Assembly: GCA_951406725.2 (NCBI GenBank)
Contig: OX597819.1
Location: 16,244,001 to 16,308,000, forward strand
DNA: 64,000 nucleotides
Source of the DNA: Octopus vulgaris
Taxonomy: Eukaryota
Reading direction: 5' to 3'
Shown here piece after piece: positions 12,715 through 27,639 of this stretch. The translations under genes were made by a program, and so were the position numbers. Positions within the stretch are counted from its first letter, which is position 1. Each line of letters opens with the position of its first letter. The notes beneath the pieces were generated by a model that saw nothing but the letters and a program-made list of their open reading frames with translations, was not told where the DNA came from and searched no databases.

Positions 12715-13163
12715 TACATATATATATATATATACACATACATGTATAAATGGATATCTATATATATATATGTATATATACTCACATTTATATAGACACG
12801 CATATGCATATGTATACACACGCTCATATATATGCATATGATAAATGTGTGTGTGTGTGTATATATAAGTATAGATAGATATAGATACAGACCTGAGTAA
12901 GTCTCTGTATGTATGTATGTATGTATGTATGTATGTATGTATGGATGGATGGATGGATGGATGGTTAGATGGTGGTGGTGGTGGTTTGGCACATTAATCA
13001 AACTGTAACATCATCAACAATACAATTATTTCTTTAGGTCTAAACCAGAATGATTTGCCTCTAGACAACAACAACAACAACAACAGTTTCCTGCAAGCCA
13101 CCACACCTGCAGGTGCTAATTGTAAACTAAGGGGAGTCCACCTGTGTATCAGTCACTGAAATG

Positions 13164-13253
<90 letters not shown>

Positions 13254-13282
13254 TACATACATACATACATACATACATACAT

Positions 13283-13332
<50 letters not shown>

Positions 13333-13587
13333 ATACATATACATATATGTATACATGCGTATTTGCGTGTATGAGTGTGTATGTACGAATATGTATGTGT
13401 GTGTTTGTATATATATATATGCATACACATACACACAGTCACATATCTATACACACACACACACACACACACATACATACATGCGTGTGTGTGCATGTAA
13501 TGTACATATGTACATAATTACAAGCACATGGAAGATAGATATCAGCTTTATTATATGGTGACGGAAGGGGCAATAACAATATACATT

Positions 13588-13646
<59 letters not shown>

Positions 13647-13772
13647 AACAAAGTGGAGTTGTGGGGTATATATATATACACGTATGTATATATGTATACG
13701 TATGTATATAAGTGTGTGTGTATCTTTTTTCTCTATATATATCCATATATATATATATATATATATATATCC

Positions 13773-13805
<33 letters not shown>

Positions 13806-15274
13806 TGTATGTATGTATATGCATATGTATATATATTTATGGGTATATAAGAGAGAATAAGAAAGGAGAGAGAAATGGAGGGTTAGAATAAAGAATAAAA
13901 GTAAGTTACTGAACGCACACTCATACACACATATACATACATGCATATATATATATATATATATATATACATACATATGTGTATAATTGTGTGTGTGTGT
14001 GTGTATGTGTGTGTGTGTAGCCAGGTAGATACATGGCGAGAGAGAGGGTAGGAGAGCAAAACAAAAAAAAATATCTGAGGTGTATATGTCTATCTAGGAC
14101 GCACCTGAAGACGGTGGGAGATGAGACTGATCAAATCGTAATATAAAACAGAAAGAGGCAAATAAACGTTCGGGGCTTGAACGTCTGGAATTGTGAAACA
14201 GGAACATAATAAGTCATCTGGTTGTGAACTGTGGGTGGTGGTGGTGGTGGTGGTGATGGTGATGGGGGTCGACTGACTCACCAATCACCAACACGTTAAA
14301 ATACCTACCACACTAACAACATATACCTACCCACCTTCTTACCTACCTCCCTACCTATCTGCCTCCACACCTCTCTCTCTCTCTCTCGTCCCCTCTACAA
14401 CCTCGACCTCACTGTCGCACTACACCCTCTCCTTCTCTCTCTCTCTTATACTCTTACTGCAATCATTTTTACTAATATACTTTATTGTCTTCCCTCCTCT
14501 ACTCTTACTACAACCCCTTCAGTAATTCTAACACAGCTTCTCTAATTCTTACAACTCCTACCACGCTGATGTTTCTATTCTTCTCTGTCTCATCTACTCT
14601 TACTACAACTATTATCCCTCCCATTGTCACACTGTACCCCCCCTCTCTCTCTCTCTCTCTATCTGTCTGTCTGTCTGTCTGTCTGTCTGCCACTTTCTCA
14701 TTGCAGCTCCTCGTAGTCTTTTTACCTTTTACTTGCTTCAGTCATTGGACTGCGGCCATGCCGAGGCACTGTCTCGAAGGGTTCAGTCGAACAAATCAAA
14801 CCCAAGGCATTTTTTCTAAGCGTGGTACTTAATCCATCGGTTTCATTTGTAGAACCACAAGGTTACGCAGGCTTCCACTCAGTTTCCGTCTTGCAAATAC
14901 ACTCACTGGGCGTTGCTGGAAGACACTTTCCCCAAGATGCTGTGCTGTGGAAATGAGCCCGAAACCACGTGCTTGTAAAGCGATCTAACCCCCATATTTA
15001 ATGCCCCTAACAAAAGAAAGCTACATAAGATAATGTAGTCCTGGGTAAACTGAGAATACAATGGGTGGTCATGGTCGGAACGCTTTGACCCTAAATCTGA
15101 GTTAACCTGGAACAATAACAACAGCGACAATTACAATACACGCTGTTAGCAAATCCTTCTTCTCCAAAGGCCACCTCCTGGAACTTCAGTTTGGTTCATC
15201 TGATCTCTTGTATACATAGATCAATCTCAGAAGACATCCAACACACCATGTTGAAAGACTGCGTAGATGACGTT

Positions 15275-16340
15275 TGTTATTGATGTTTAGCCCCAGGTCA
15301 ATCCCGATTCAGCACAGCTCTATGATCCAATGCATTCCAGCAGCGACCACACTATGTCTTTTGATATAACAAGCAACTGACATCTTCCCATTTTCTCAAA
15401 TGGAAAAATCAAAAAAGGTGGCATTAGAATGAATTGCAGCGGCCGATCGGGGTCCCTCGAAAATTCCTGGAGCAACCTGACTCAACAGGGTGCGTAACTC
15501 GGAAATCAGAGAGCCTCAACTTGCCCACATTGAGAGGTCATTGCTTCGGTTCTACGGATATGTGATATGTTGCAAGAAAGAATCAAAAACGAATTCTTTA
15601 AGCCGAGCCCAAATGGTAGGAGATTTTGGGGGGTAGACGAGGAACGACGTGGTTGGATAATATTCATAGAATCGGTTACGCTTGGAAATCTAGCAGGAGA
15701 ATGTATTGACGGTTGCTTCTGGTAGGACTCTGTGTAAGAGGCGGCAGCGAGGGTTGAGGATATGTGATTAACATGCACTGTGTAGGGGGTACCTGAGGAC
15801 ACTACTCCCACAACCATCCATGTAATAGTAGGCGGAGAAAAATAGATGAAGGTGATTAGAGAGGACGGTTACACTGCTATATTTAGTAGATAAAGCAATC
15901 ATGTAGACGCCCCCTTTTCAACTCATCATGTGAGCTTGTTGTAACTGTTGTTGTTTAGCCCCAGACCTATTATCAAAAGCATTCCTGTCGTGACCATCTC
16001 GTTTTAGGTGCAAGCAACCTACGACCACTTTCATAAATGTCGTTTAGCGGATTTGATGAAAACTTAGTTGGTATTTCTAGTAGTTGAAGTGGCTGCGTAG
16101 AAGCTAATTCGTTGACCCGTGTGTGTGCAATATCATCTGAGTTTCGTTGTTTAGCCCAAGGTCAGTCCTTTGACCACTAAAATCTATGGTCAAAAATGTT
16201 CTATCTTTAACCTTCTCGTCTTGTATTCAGGAATAGTGTATAGAAGACATTATCCTGTGTTCGTTTTTCATTTGAAGACAGTAGGGTGTTTTTTGAGGGT
16301 TATTTGACTGCTATTGCTTCTCTGTCGGTGACTCACGTAA
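15275..16340 (+). repeat. Cluster of an old dispersed repeat (GTTTAGCCCCAGGTCA…CTATGATCAAAGGCATTCCAGC…GACCATC)
   Basis: Decayed copies at ~15275, 15950, 16145, 33065 and 56135 (+); ~10380-10560, 14990-15125, 46090-46260 and 46650-46830 (-). Confidence 0.55.
15478..15760 (+). mobile_element. Decayed RTE-like LINE C-terminal fragment
   Basis: LNRVRNSEIRE…IERSLLRFYGYV…GRRGTTWLDNIH resembles the RTE pattern DRVRNEEIR…QLRWFGHV…GRPRTRWLD. Confidence 0.65.
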
Positions 16341-16455
16341 ATGGGAGCGTTTTAGTTTGTGGCGTTTCTATAAAATAGGTGGTGTGTGTGTGTGTGTGTG
16401 TGTGGTGTAAATGAAGCGTCTGTGCTTGTGTGTGTGTGTATGTGCTTGTAAATGA

Positions 16456-16521
<66 letters not shown>

Positions 16522-17909
16522 GTCTTCCCTAGGTCTCTGTATTGCTGCAAACCTTAGTCCTCTCTGTTTTGTCGGCAGTAGGTGGATGACGGAAAACAGT
16601 AGACGGGCAACGAACCTATATAAACACTTTCACAGTGACGGTCTCTTATCAAAGAAATCGCGAGGGTTCGTTCGTCGATCAGTTTGTACAACGAAGAAAC
16701 GCATTTTATTATATATTTTTTTGGTTCCTCTCCCTTCATTTCTTCTCACACATCTCTAACTCCACTCTCCCCTGCTCTCTATGTACACAATTACATTCTT
16801 CATTTGCTTACGACACCACCACTTTCTTTTACTTACTCTTAGTCTGATGAAGAACAACAACCCGAAGCGTCAGTTTCTTCACTCCTTACGAATTTTGACA
16901 TTTTCCCCCCTATGTATGAGACGCATGGCCTAATGGCTAAGGTGTTGCTCTTACAATCATAAGATCGTAGACTGATTTTAAAGCAAAGTGACGTGTTGTT
17001 TCCTTGAGCGAGACACTTCATTTCATGTTCCAGTCTACTCTGCTAAAAATAAATATCAATCTAGTGGTGGTGCCGCACTCCCTTCTTTCAGATCCTTCGC
17101 AATGAATCGGCCTGGATAATACATAAAGAGTACACATATGTGTACGGAGTACTCAGCCACGGGTAGTTTAGTTGGTCGAATAACTGAATCCTGAGAAGCT
17201 CTGTCGTTATGCCAAACTATATAAGCTGTATGAGTCATTTTACGACCGATTTTTGAGGGATAATTGGTTTCTGTTTCTTGCAGTCTAGCAATCACGTAGG
17301 GGCTCCTTGTCTAGCTGGAGTGTGTGTTTGTGGGGAGCGTTGGTGTGAGGGGGCTGTGTGGATAGGAAGCATTCGACGAAACTAAGAATCGGGTGGACGT
17401 AGAGAAGGGGGTGGACGTAGAGAAGGGGTTGGAGGGACGAGACAGTGAGGTAGTGAGGAATGGAGGCGGAGGGGGGTAAGTGGGGAAGATCATCTGGCCT
17501 AATCGATTTGTGCTAGGTGCGTTGAAGTAGAACACTTTCAAGAAAACTGTTATTAGTAAGAAGGAAAGAGAAAGAGAGAGGGAGGAGAAAGAGGAGGGCT
17601 GAGAAGGAGGAGGGTGAATAAGAGGCTGGTGTTACTTGATGTGGCGTGGTGGTAGTAAGAGGATAGGTGGAGACAACAAACTCCTTCTGCTGTATCTGAT
17701 AGTATCACGTCTGAATAATAATATAAAAATAAACACAAACACACACATCACACATATACACACTTACGAACAATCGCACGCATTTGTGTGCGTGTCTATG
17801 TGCGTTTTATGTTTATACACGTATGTATATTTATATACACACGCATATATATGTATATTCGTATAGATATATTTATGCATGCATATGTTATACAGACACT
17901 GACACACAA

Positions 17910-17960
<51 letters not shown>

Positions 17961-18236
17961 GTATGCATATATATTATATATATATATATTATGTATGTAC
18001 ACACAAGCAGACACATATACATACATACATGTATTATTAGAGTGTGTGTGTGTGTGTGTATCCTGCTACCGTCAGTAAAATACACAAAAACAAACACTTG
18101 TTCCTGTCCAGGTGCAACTTCCCCCTACGACAGAGATTTTAAGACCATCTGGGTAGTATGTGTTTGACATTGGGGTATGGAGTGTTGTGTGAGACTATGC
18201 CATTGGGTATAGAGGCTATACTAACGGTGGGGCAAC

Positions 18237-18270
<34 letters not shown>

Positions 18271-18429
18271 CTGTTGTTGTTGCTGTTGTTGGGGTGGTTG
18301 TATTAGTAGTGGGGTTTGAACCAAAAGTTTGAGAGGCGAAACTAAATAATGTATAGATACGAACACACACACACAACACACACATACACACACACACATA
18401 CCTGCACATATACACACGCCCACACACAT

Positions 18430-18566
18430 TACTTCCCAACCACATGGTTCCGGGTTCAGTCCCACTGCGTAGCACCTTGGGTGAGTGTCTTCTGCTATAG
18501 CTTCGTGTCGACCAAAGGCTTGGCAGTGGATTCGGTAAACAGAAACTGAAAGAAGCCTTTCGGATA

Positions 18567-18620
<54 letters not shown>

Positions 18621-18812
18621 TGTGTATGTGTGTGTGTGTGTGTGATGTCTTTGTGTCTGTGTTTGCGCCCCCGTAACGTAGCGGTTCGACAAAAGAAACC
18701 GATAGAATAAGTATGAGGCTTAAAAAAATAAATACTGGGATCGATTCATTCGACTAAGAATTCAAGGCGGTGCCCCAGCATGGCCGCAGTCTAATGAACG
18801 AAACAAATAAAA
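18430..18812 (+). mobile_element. tRNA/CORE-like SINE family C with internal microsatellite
   Basis: CTTCCCAACCACATGGTTCCGGGTTCAGTCCCACTGCGTAGCACCTTGGGT…; related copies ~7010-7180, 59320-59680 (+) and 14720-14980, 10750-10920 (-). Confidence 0.7.
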
Positions 18813-18819
18813 AAGATAA

Positions 18820-18874
<55 letters not shown>

Positions 18875-18922
18875 CATACACCCACACACATTATGGTATT
18901 ACATTGCGCATAGCCGTTTATA

Positions 18923-18969
<47 letters not shown>

Positions 18970-19163
18970 ACATACATACATACATACATACATACATACA
19001 TAAATGCATACATACATAAATAGATATATGGGCGCCCATGTATATATGTTCGTGTGCTTATTTACATATATATTTAATAAAATATTTCTACAAATGTAAA
19101 TGTTGACATTTATACATTCACACAATCCCGGACGGACACACACAAACACGGAAACAGACGCAT

Positions 19164-19231
<68 letters not shown>

Positions 19232-19269
19232 TATGTGTGCTAGTGTGCGTGTGTGCATGGATCTATTCA

Positions 19270-19413
19270 CGAGGGGTATATGAAAAGTTTTGAGCCTTCA
19301 AGGCCTTTGAGCCTTCAAGTCCTTTGGCCTTCAAGTCTTGTACCTTCATCAGAAGTCTTGTACCATGTTTTGTCTTTTTTTTTTGAGGCTCGAGACTTTT
19401 CATACACCCCTCG
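19270..19413. mobile_element. Mariner-derived MITE (~144 bp)
   Basis: TIRs CGAGGGGTATATGAAAAGTTTTGAGCCT / AGGCTCGAGACTTTTCATACACCCCTCG; TA on the right, CA on the left. Confidence 0.75.
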
Positions 19414-19751
19414 TATAAGGGACATGCTATCTGGGTAGGCTGGGTTAGGTGGGTCTCCCCTGATTAAAATTATCAATATTAACTATAAAATATAGAAAAA
19501 TAAGTGATTTCAAATTCAGTTTAATAAACCTAAGCCATTGCATGCAGTTCTGTAGAGAAAGAACTGAAACGCCATTAATCCCGCGTGATTTGAGATCAAC
19601 TCCATAATATATTAAATAGAGTGTCATGAAAAGAGAAATTATTCTGCCTGGTTAAGTGTTAATAGAAATGAAGGCGTTGAAGTGTTTGTGTGTTTCCTTA
19701 AGTGTGCGTTTGCTTCTTAAGTTTAAAGTGATTTTGTTTTTGTAGCATTCT

Positions 19752-20137
19752 CGTCGTCGTGGCACTCTGTCGGTTGCGACGACGAGGGTTCCAGTTGATC
19801 CGATCAACGGAACAGACTGCTCATGAAATTAACGTGCAAGTGGTTGAGCACTCCACAGACACGTGTAACCTTAATGCAGTGCTCGGGGAAATTCAGCGTG
19901 ACACAGAGTGTGACAAGGCTGGCCCTTTGAAATACGGGTAAAATAGAAACAAGAATAAAGTGAGAGGAAGTTGTGGTGAAAGAGTACAAAAGGGTTCGCC
20001 ACCAACCCCTGCCGGAACCTTGTGGAGCTTCAGGTGTTTTCGCTCAATAAGCACTCACAACGTGGTTTGGGAATCGAAACCGTGATCCCACGACCGCGAG
20101 TCCGCTGCCCTAACCACTGGACCATTGCACCTCCACA
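19752..20137 (-). mobile_element. SINE family B with TSD
   Basis: Reverse complement of family B. TSD GTAGCATTCT at 19742-19751 and 20138-20147. Confidence 0.85.
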
Positions 20138-20760
20138 GTAGCATTCTAGTTCATGTGAGACTAAACATTAGAACTAATGCATGAGGCATCAGTGTATGTG
20201 ATTGTGTATGTGTGTACATATATACGTATATGTGTGCGTGTGTGTGTGTATAAAAGGGCTGTGTATGTAACTGTGTGTGTATAAAAAATGTGTATATATG
20301 TATCTATCCAATGATAAATGTGATAAAGTTTGTTTACATGTACACGAATGTATAACCCACTAAAATATTATTCATTTTAAGTATATACACTTATATATAC
20401 TAATGTATGTATGTTATGTGTAGGTTTGTCTGTGTATGTATTGAGTGCATATGTGTGAGAATAAGTAAATATTTCGATTCAGATATTTTTGCGCATTTGT
20501 TTAATCGTGAAAAAGCCCTTTTTTAGACATTTCACTCCAATATTGCCAACCGTTTTGAGTATCGACTCAAGGCACGTGCCTGATATATACAAACATGCAT
20601 GCATACATACATGCATACATGCATTCATCGGTATATACATGTCTACATACATACAAAAATATGTACATGCATACATACACCGAGAAGACAATAAATAGTA
20701 AATCAATCACGTGTACTCATTAGTATGAATAATAACTCCATGAAAGAAAACAAAGTATCT

Positions 20761-21410
20761 GTAAGTAGCTACTGCGAATGTACCGCTGTATTTGTGAGTA
20801 GCTGCTGTGAGTGTACCGCTGTATTCGTGAGTAGCTGCTGTGAATGTACCGCTGTATTTGTAAGTAGCTGCTGTGATTGTACCGCTGTATTTGTGAGTAG
20901 CTGCTGTGAATGTACCGCTGTATTTGTAAGTTGCTGCTGTGAGTGTACCGCTGTATTTGTAAGTAGCTGCTGTGATTGTACCGCTGTATTCGTGAGTAGC
21001 TACTGTGATTGTACCGCTGAATTCGTGAGTAGCTGCTGTGAATGTACCGCTGTATTTGTAAGTAGCTGCTGTGAGTGTACCGCTGTATTCGTGAGTAGCT
21101 ACTGTGATTGTACCGCTGAATTCGTGAGTAGCTGCTGTGAATGTACCGTTGTATTCGTAAGTAGCTGCTGTGAATGTACCGCTGTATTCGTGAAGTAGCT
21201 ACTGTGATTGTACCGCTGAATTCGTGAGTAGCTGCTGTGAATGTACCGCTGTATTTGTAAGTAGCTGCTGTGAGTGTACCGCTGTATTCGTGAGTAGCTA
21301 CTGTGATTGTACCGCTGAATTCGTGAGTAGCTGCTGTGAATGTACCGTTGTATTCGTAAGTAGCTGCTGTGAATGTACCGCTGTATTTGTAAGTAATCGC
21401 TGTGAATGTA
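20761..21410. repeat. 33-bp minisatellite, ~20 units
   Basis: Unit GTRAGTAGCTGCTGTGADTGTACCGCTGTATTY; 1-bp insertion near 21193. Confidence 0.95.
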
Positions 21411-21659
21411 ATGCTATTCAATCTGAGCTAACTGTTGCTGAATTAACTTTCTTCGCCTGAATGTTGTTAGAGAAGCATTCATCATACCAGCAGAAAGTTA
21501 GGATTGGACAGGTCGTCCACTCTAGTTAGAGAATAGCAGCAACATTAATAAGGAAACTGCTCCTCTTAGACCTGTGATGGATGCATCTCATCTTCCCTAG
21601 ATGGGTACACCATTGCTCTCTAGGAACAAGAGCTACTGAATGCCTGATCAATAGGGGAG

Positions 21660-21714
<55 letters not shown>

Positions 21715-21954
21715 AAGGGATAGAGCGATAGACAGATTTATAGAGAGAGAGGGAAAGCGAAATAGATAGAGAGAGAAAGGGATAGCGAGATAGATAGAGA
21801 GAGAGAGAAAGAAAGAGATAGATAGGGAGAGAGAGAAAGAGGGATAGATAGAGAGAGAAAGAAAGAGAGAGAGAAAGGGATAGATAGATAGAGAGAGAGT
21901 GAAAGAGATACAGAGAGAGATAGTGAATAAAGAGATAGATAGATAGATAGAGGG

Positions 21955-21999
<45 letters not shown>

Positions 22000-22839
22000 T
22001 TCTATATCCCTATGTTGTGATAAAAAATGTCGGTTCCTTTACGTTAGTGTGGAAGATGTCACCCACATCATCAGCAACTTTCCAAAAAAATCCGTGAGGT
22101 ACTACTTTGCCATGAATCTTGACCTTGTCGCTAAAACCATTACTGATGTTGTTCATACGAAGATTGTCCTGGCACCTTATACAAGAGGCACATCAAGAGC
22201 AGAATGTATCGGTAACTTTAAATTAAGGAAAAACTGGGGGAATATTCCAATGAAAACAGCTCCTCGGTGCAAACACAACTAACCTGATATTGTTCAACGG
22301 GACTAGGGGCAAAAGTTGTATTGATCAACTGTCTAGTGGATGCGGACGTCTTACATAAAGGGAAAAGGGTAAACGTCTCTGGTGAATTAATAACAAACCC
22401 GAAGATTTTCATTTTTACGTAACTAGGGTTTACCAAGACAGACCAAAGCAAACGGTCTCGCATCGCCCAAATACAACTGATTCGTTGTACAGTGAAGAGT
22501 TATAAACCATTCCAAGGAGGCTACATCTGAATTTTCTGGAATGAAATTATGTACACAATTGTGAAAAACACATGCGCGTGCACACACTCATACACGCAAA
22601 CACGCTCAAGCACACACGCTCACGCACACACACAGACGCAAAAGTAATGAAATACACTCACTTGTATACTAAAGAGACATGCATACTCATTACAGGAGTG
22701 TAAGTATATGCGTGCATCAACATCTATGCACATACTAACTTAACCACATGTCCACAAATCCCAGAAATTGCCCTGATTTACAGAAAAGAACCTCGCTTTT
22801 AGTTCTGCGAAATCTCAAAGAAAAACATACACATATACA

Positions 22840-22890
<51 letters not shown>

Positions 22891-23568
22891 ACACATGTAT
22901 ATGGTATATACATTTATATATAAGCATATATGTATATGTGAAAAGGTGCGGCTTAGTGGTTAGGGCATTCAACTCACGATCGTAGGGTCGTGAGTTCAAT
23001 TCCCGGCGACGCATTTTGTCCTTGAGCAAGACACTTTATTTCACATTGCTCCAGTCCATTCAGCTGGCAAAAATGAGTAGTGAGCAGCACCAGTAATTCA
23101 AAGGGCCAACTTTGTCGCACTCTGTGTCACACTGAATCCCCCTGAGAACTACGGTATGGGTACACGTGTCTGTGGAATGCTCAGCCACTTGCACGTTAAT
23201 TTCACGAGTAGGCTGCTCCGTTGATCGTATCAGCTGGAACCCTTATCGTCGCAACCGACGGAGTGCTCCTTTATATATGTACATATACTTCTTCATTTTG
23301 CTTTTGCGTTATACACAAGCATTCTCTCAGATGCTCATTTATAGCATAAAGTGAGATAGTAGTTCGACAGTGCCGCTCCTCTGCTTGAGGTACCCGAAAA
23401 TACATGCAACTATTCATCGGTTGGTGTTGAGTAATATTCACTGTAAAGCATCCACCCATATATGTTACAGACACTCACATACACACACACACACACACAC
23501 ACGCATAAGATGTTGCCTACGTGACCTGTAACTTGACCAGATAGAAGAAGGAGGAGGAGGAGGAGAAG

Positions 23569-23599
<31 letters not shown>

Positions 23600-23898
23600 C
23601 GTCGTCGTCGTCTTATCCTACCTTCCGATTCGCTAAAGTAGTGCGGCGTGTTTATACCTCGTACATAGCTTACGACGGGATTTGAACTCAGAACGTAAAG
23701 TCGGATGAAATGCTGTTGAGCATTTCGTCTTCTTAACATTCTGAGTTCAAATTTCGCCAATGTCAGCCTTGGCTTTCATGCTTTTGAGGTTGATAAAAAA
23801 AAGTACCAGTTGAACACTGGGGTTGATGTACTCGAGTTACCCCACCCCGCCAGAAATTGCGGGCCATAGACCAACATTTGAAACCGTTATGATGATCA

Positions 23899-25013
23899 TT
23901 CAAAATTTGAAACCAATATATATGTATACACATGAACATAAATATGTGCATACATACATATACATTGTATATATTAAGCACAGTATGTGTGTGTATATTG
24001 ACTAATGCATACATTTCCACAATTCTCAACCGATTTTCACCAAACTTTACACTCACATTACTTTCAAAATTTGAAACCAATATATATATGTATACACATG
24101 AACATAAATATGTGCATACATATACAGTGTATATATTAATCATAGTATGTGTGTGTATATTGATAAATGCATACATTTCCACAATTCTCAACCGATTTTC
24201 ACCAAACTTTACACTCACATTAATTTCAAAATTTGAAACCAATATATATGTATACACATGAACATAAATATGTGCATACATACATATACATTGTATATAT
24301 TAATCATAGTATGTGTGTGTATATTGACAAATGCATACATTTCCACAATTCTCAACCGATTTTCACCAAACTTTACACTCACATTAATTTCAAAATTTGA
24401 AACCAATATATATGTATACACATGAACATAAATATGTGCATACATATACAGTGTATATATTAATCACAGTATGTGTGTGTATATTGATAAATGCATACAT
24501 TTCCACAATTCTCAACCGATTTTCACCAAACTTTACACTCACATTACTTTTGTGCCTAGGACTATAACAGTTTGCCGAGAGCTCTCGCGTAAATTGACAA
24601 ACTGAGAAAAACGGTGGTTAACACGGCTTTTTCTCTAATTCGTTGTATGTACATAGCTTTTTTTTGTATGTAGTGTCTTCCATACTTTTTAAAATCTATA
24701 TGGTCGTATATTGGCATAAGAGAATATCTTTAAGTGGTTTTCGCACTTTTTTGATTTATTATTTATCTATATATTACATTTGTGTATTATTGCTTTCTAT
24801 ATTTTTTTATGTGTATTGGTGTATATTGTTTGAGGATTTTTGGTTAGAGAATATTATAACAGTGAAAGGATTTTGTCTATATATCTCTACTGTTTTACAT
24901 ACTTTTTAAATCTATATGAAGGTATATTTGCATTACAGAATATGTTTTTGTTCACATTGGTTTGATTTATTATTTATATGTTAAACCGTCCGAAGGACGG
25001 GTGCGTTTGCTAG
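23899..25013 (+). mobile_element. Second Helitron family carrying a ~163-bp tandem repeat
   Basis: Four tandem units (23899-24550), then a perfect hairpin CCGTCC-GAA-GGACGG (24986-25000) 9 nt before CTAG|T (25010-25013). The 5' end is not identified. Confidence 0.6.
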
Positions 25014-25047
25014 TATACATACATACATATATATGTGTGTGTGTGTG

Positions 25048-25092
<45 letters not shown>

Positions 25093-25609
25093 TGCACACA
25101 AACACACACACACACAAACACCTTGGAACATAATTGCAGCCGTTGTGTATGTATGTTTGTATATGACACATGCATTGACAGATGTGTGTATATAGTACAC
25201 GCGAATGTGTATATTGCCATGAGGTTCCAAATAAATATGTTATTCGGAATGTAGAGTAGAGTATACGATATTCGTGGAATACCAGCTTATACAGATAATG
25301 GCACACACAGACTCATAAATATATAAAAAGAAACACACGTATATTCACACACATATATATACATATATACACATGTGACACCTATCCAGGAGAGAGACGT
25401 CTCAACACGCATGCTCAAACATCAAATATACACTCCATTATGGCGCCGTTCCACTGTTGATGTTATGATTTTACTGTACACGAGTTAATGGAAACCTGCA
25501 CAGATCTATATACATGTTGTGTGGTGTGTGTGTGTGTGTGTGTGTATACATATTTATGTGAGTGTGCGCGTACGCATCATATATGTGCACACACATATGT
25601 ACCTTCCTA

Positions 25610-25653
<44 letters not shown>

Positions 25654-25741
25654 TATATGAATGTACATACATGTTTGTGTATATTGCATTTTGATAGTTA
25701 TCAATTAATTTAACTTTGCAAATTGATACAAAACACCGATA

Positions 25742-25774
<33 letters not shown>

Positions 25775-25810
25775 TGTATGTATGTATGTATGTATATGTA
25801 TGTATGTATG

Positions 25811-25846
<36 letters not shown>

Positions 25847-25902
25847 CATACAACTATATATGTGGAAATGTATATGCATCTATATCTAAATCTATCTATC
25901 TA

Positions 25903-25941
<39 letters not shown>

Positions 25942-26362
25942 TTATTCACTCACACACACTCACACGCAAATGCATACTTGTGTGTAAGTGTATATGTACA
26001 CCCCAATACACACACACACACACACACATTGACGGATGTACTCAGAAGCATGCAGTGATGTAAATAGCCGTGTAACTTAAGCCCGATGTAAAAGCGGGTG
26101 TATATAAACAGTGATAGCGTGATATTAACGTTGCGGGCAAACTACTGTAATTCCTTTACACAGAAACTAGCAGATGATGACCTTTTAGGGGTCATGGATC
26201 CGCCCTTTCCCACCCACTTTTTTAGAAATTGTCCCAATCTTTGCCAATACCACCTCCACTTGCCTCGTCAACGCCTGTCACTTCATGAACACGTTATTGA
26301 TGGTGTTAATGATGATGATGATGATGATCGTTGTCGTTCTAATGGTTACCACCACCACCACC

Positions 26363-26396
<34 letters not shown>

Positions 26397-26753
26397 TCAT
26401 CATCATAACTATATATTCATAAAATACTGCCATGATTGCGTTGGCTCGGTTCCTTTAATCCAGGTGATAATGGCAGAAATTTATGGAATATTTTAGCTGC
26501 CATTTCTGGCAGATCGCATAACCGTAATGTGACTTCCTTAATGGCTCTGTAAAAGACACACACACACACGCACATCACACACACACACACACACGTGCGC
26601 ATTCATTCACGTTTTGAATCAATCATACGCTCTACAAAACTACGAAATTACGCTTTGAGTTATCGATTCAATAAATATTCACCTTATATTCATAAAAAAG
26701 CTATTTTCTGACAACGTCTATGTATATTTGTATAATATATATGTGATAGCGTT

Positions 26754-26788
<35 letters not shown>

Positions 26789-27639
26789 ACCACCATGCAT
26801 ACATACGTGAAAAATCCTCACACTTGCTGTGTTTTGGGTTTGAATTATGTCTAAATACTTCTCAGTTCTAAGTCTGTCGTTAACAAAGTGAAACCATCGC
26901 GATAACAATAAGGAATTAGTTCTAAATTTCTCAGACTCTAAAGTCTTTCGCTCAACAAGCAACTATCCACAGACTTGTATGAATATTATACTAGTGCTCT
27001 CTATATTATACTGGTGTTTAGAAGGAAAAATTCATGTATATTGAAGATACTACAGCTCATAGAGACAGGAAATGAATGTTACTTGGTATAATCCATCTTT
27101 TAATTTAACTTTTGTTACTCTAATCGCTTATAATTTCTTCAACTAATTTAGGAAAATTTCTTACACAACATATGTGCCATAAAATATTTAACAAAATCAG
27201 TAAAAAACCTCTTAGTTTACCAAACGTAATCTTCCTTGCTCATTTGTTTTATCACAACCAGCCGAATAAGCCGACAACTAAAAATACAAGTAAATACAAT
27301 TGTATGAACTAAACAACTGCCTCTTAGAGTTCAACTGCCTACAATGCATTACAAAAACCGCTACCTCGTCTGAGTTTTTAACATAATTTCTAGGTAACTA
27401 AAAAATTTCAAACTTCGTATACTGGTAGAATGTGTTAGTAAAACATCTTTTTCTCTTGGTTTTATTGAGAAAATTCTATAGTTTGTAAGATATTTGCTGT
27501 TTTTTCTCTTCAATTTCTGCAATTTCAACCAATCGATGACGTCCATTGAGTTAAAAAAACATTCTGTGCCGTATGAATATGTCTCTCGTTTAAGAAACAG
27601 ATTGGGTTTATTTGTGAAGAAAAAAAGATACCCCCCCAT

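Noticed and set aside
18112-18155. Possible exon after ttcctgtccAG
   Set aside because: Weak donors and no phase-1 end in the SMOC frame.
20725-21460. Cys-rich metallothionein-like ORF (VSSCCECTAVF)n, or a CRISPR-like array
   Set aside because: A 33-bp minisatellite with a frameshift and no unique spacers; eukaryotic context with no cas genes.
22049-22282. 77-aa non-repetitive ORF
   Set aside because: No recognisable motif or convincing splice sites.
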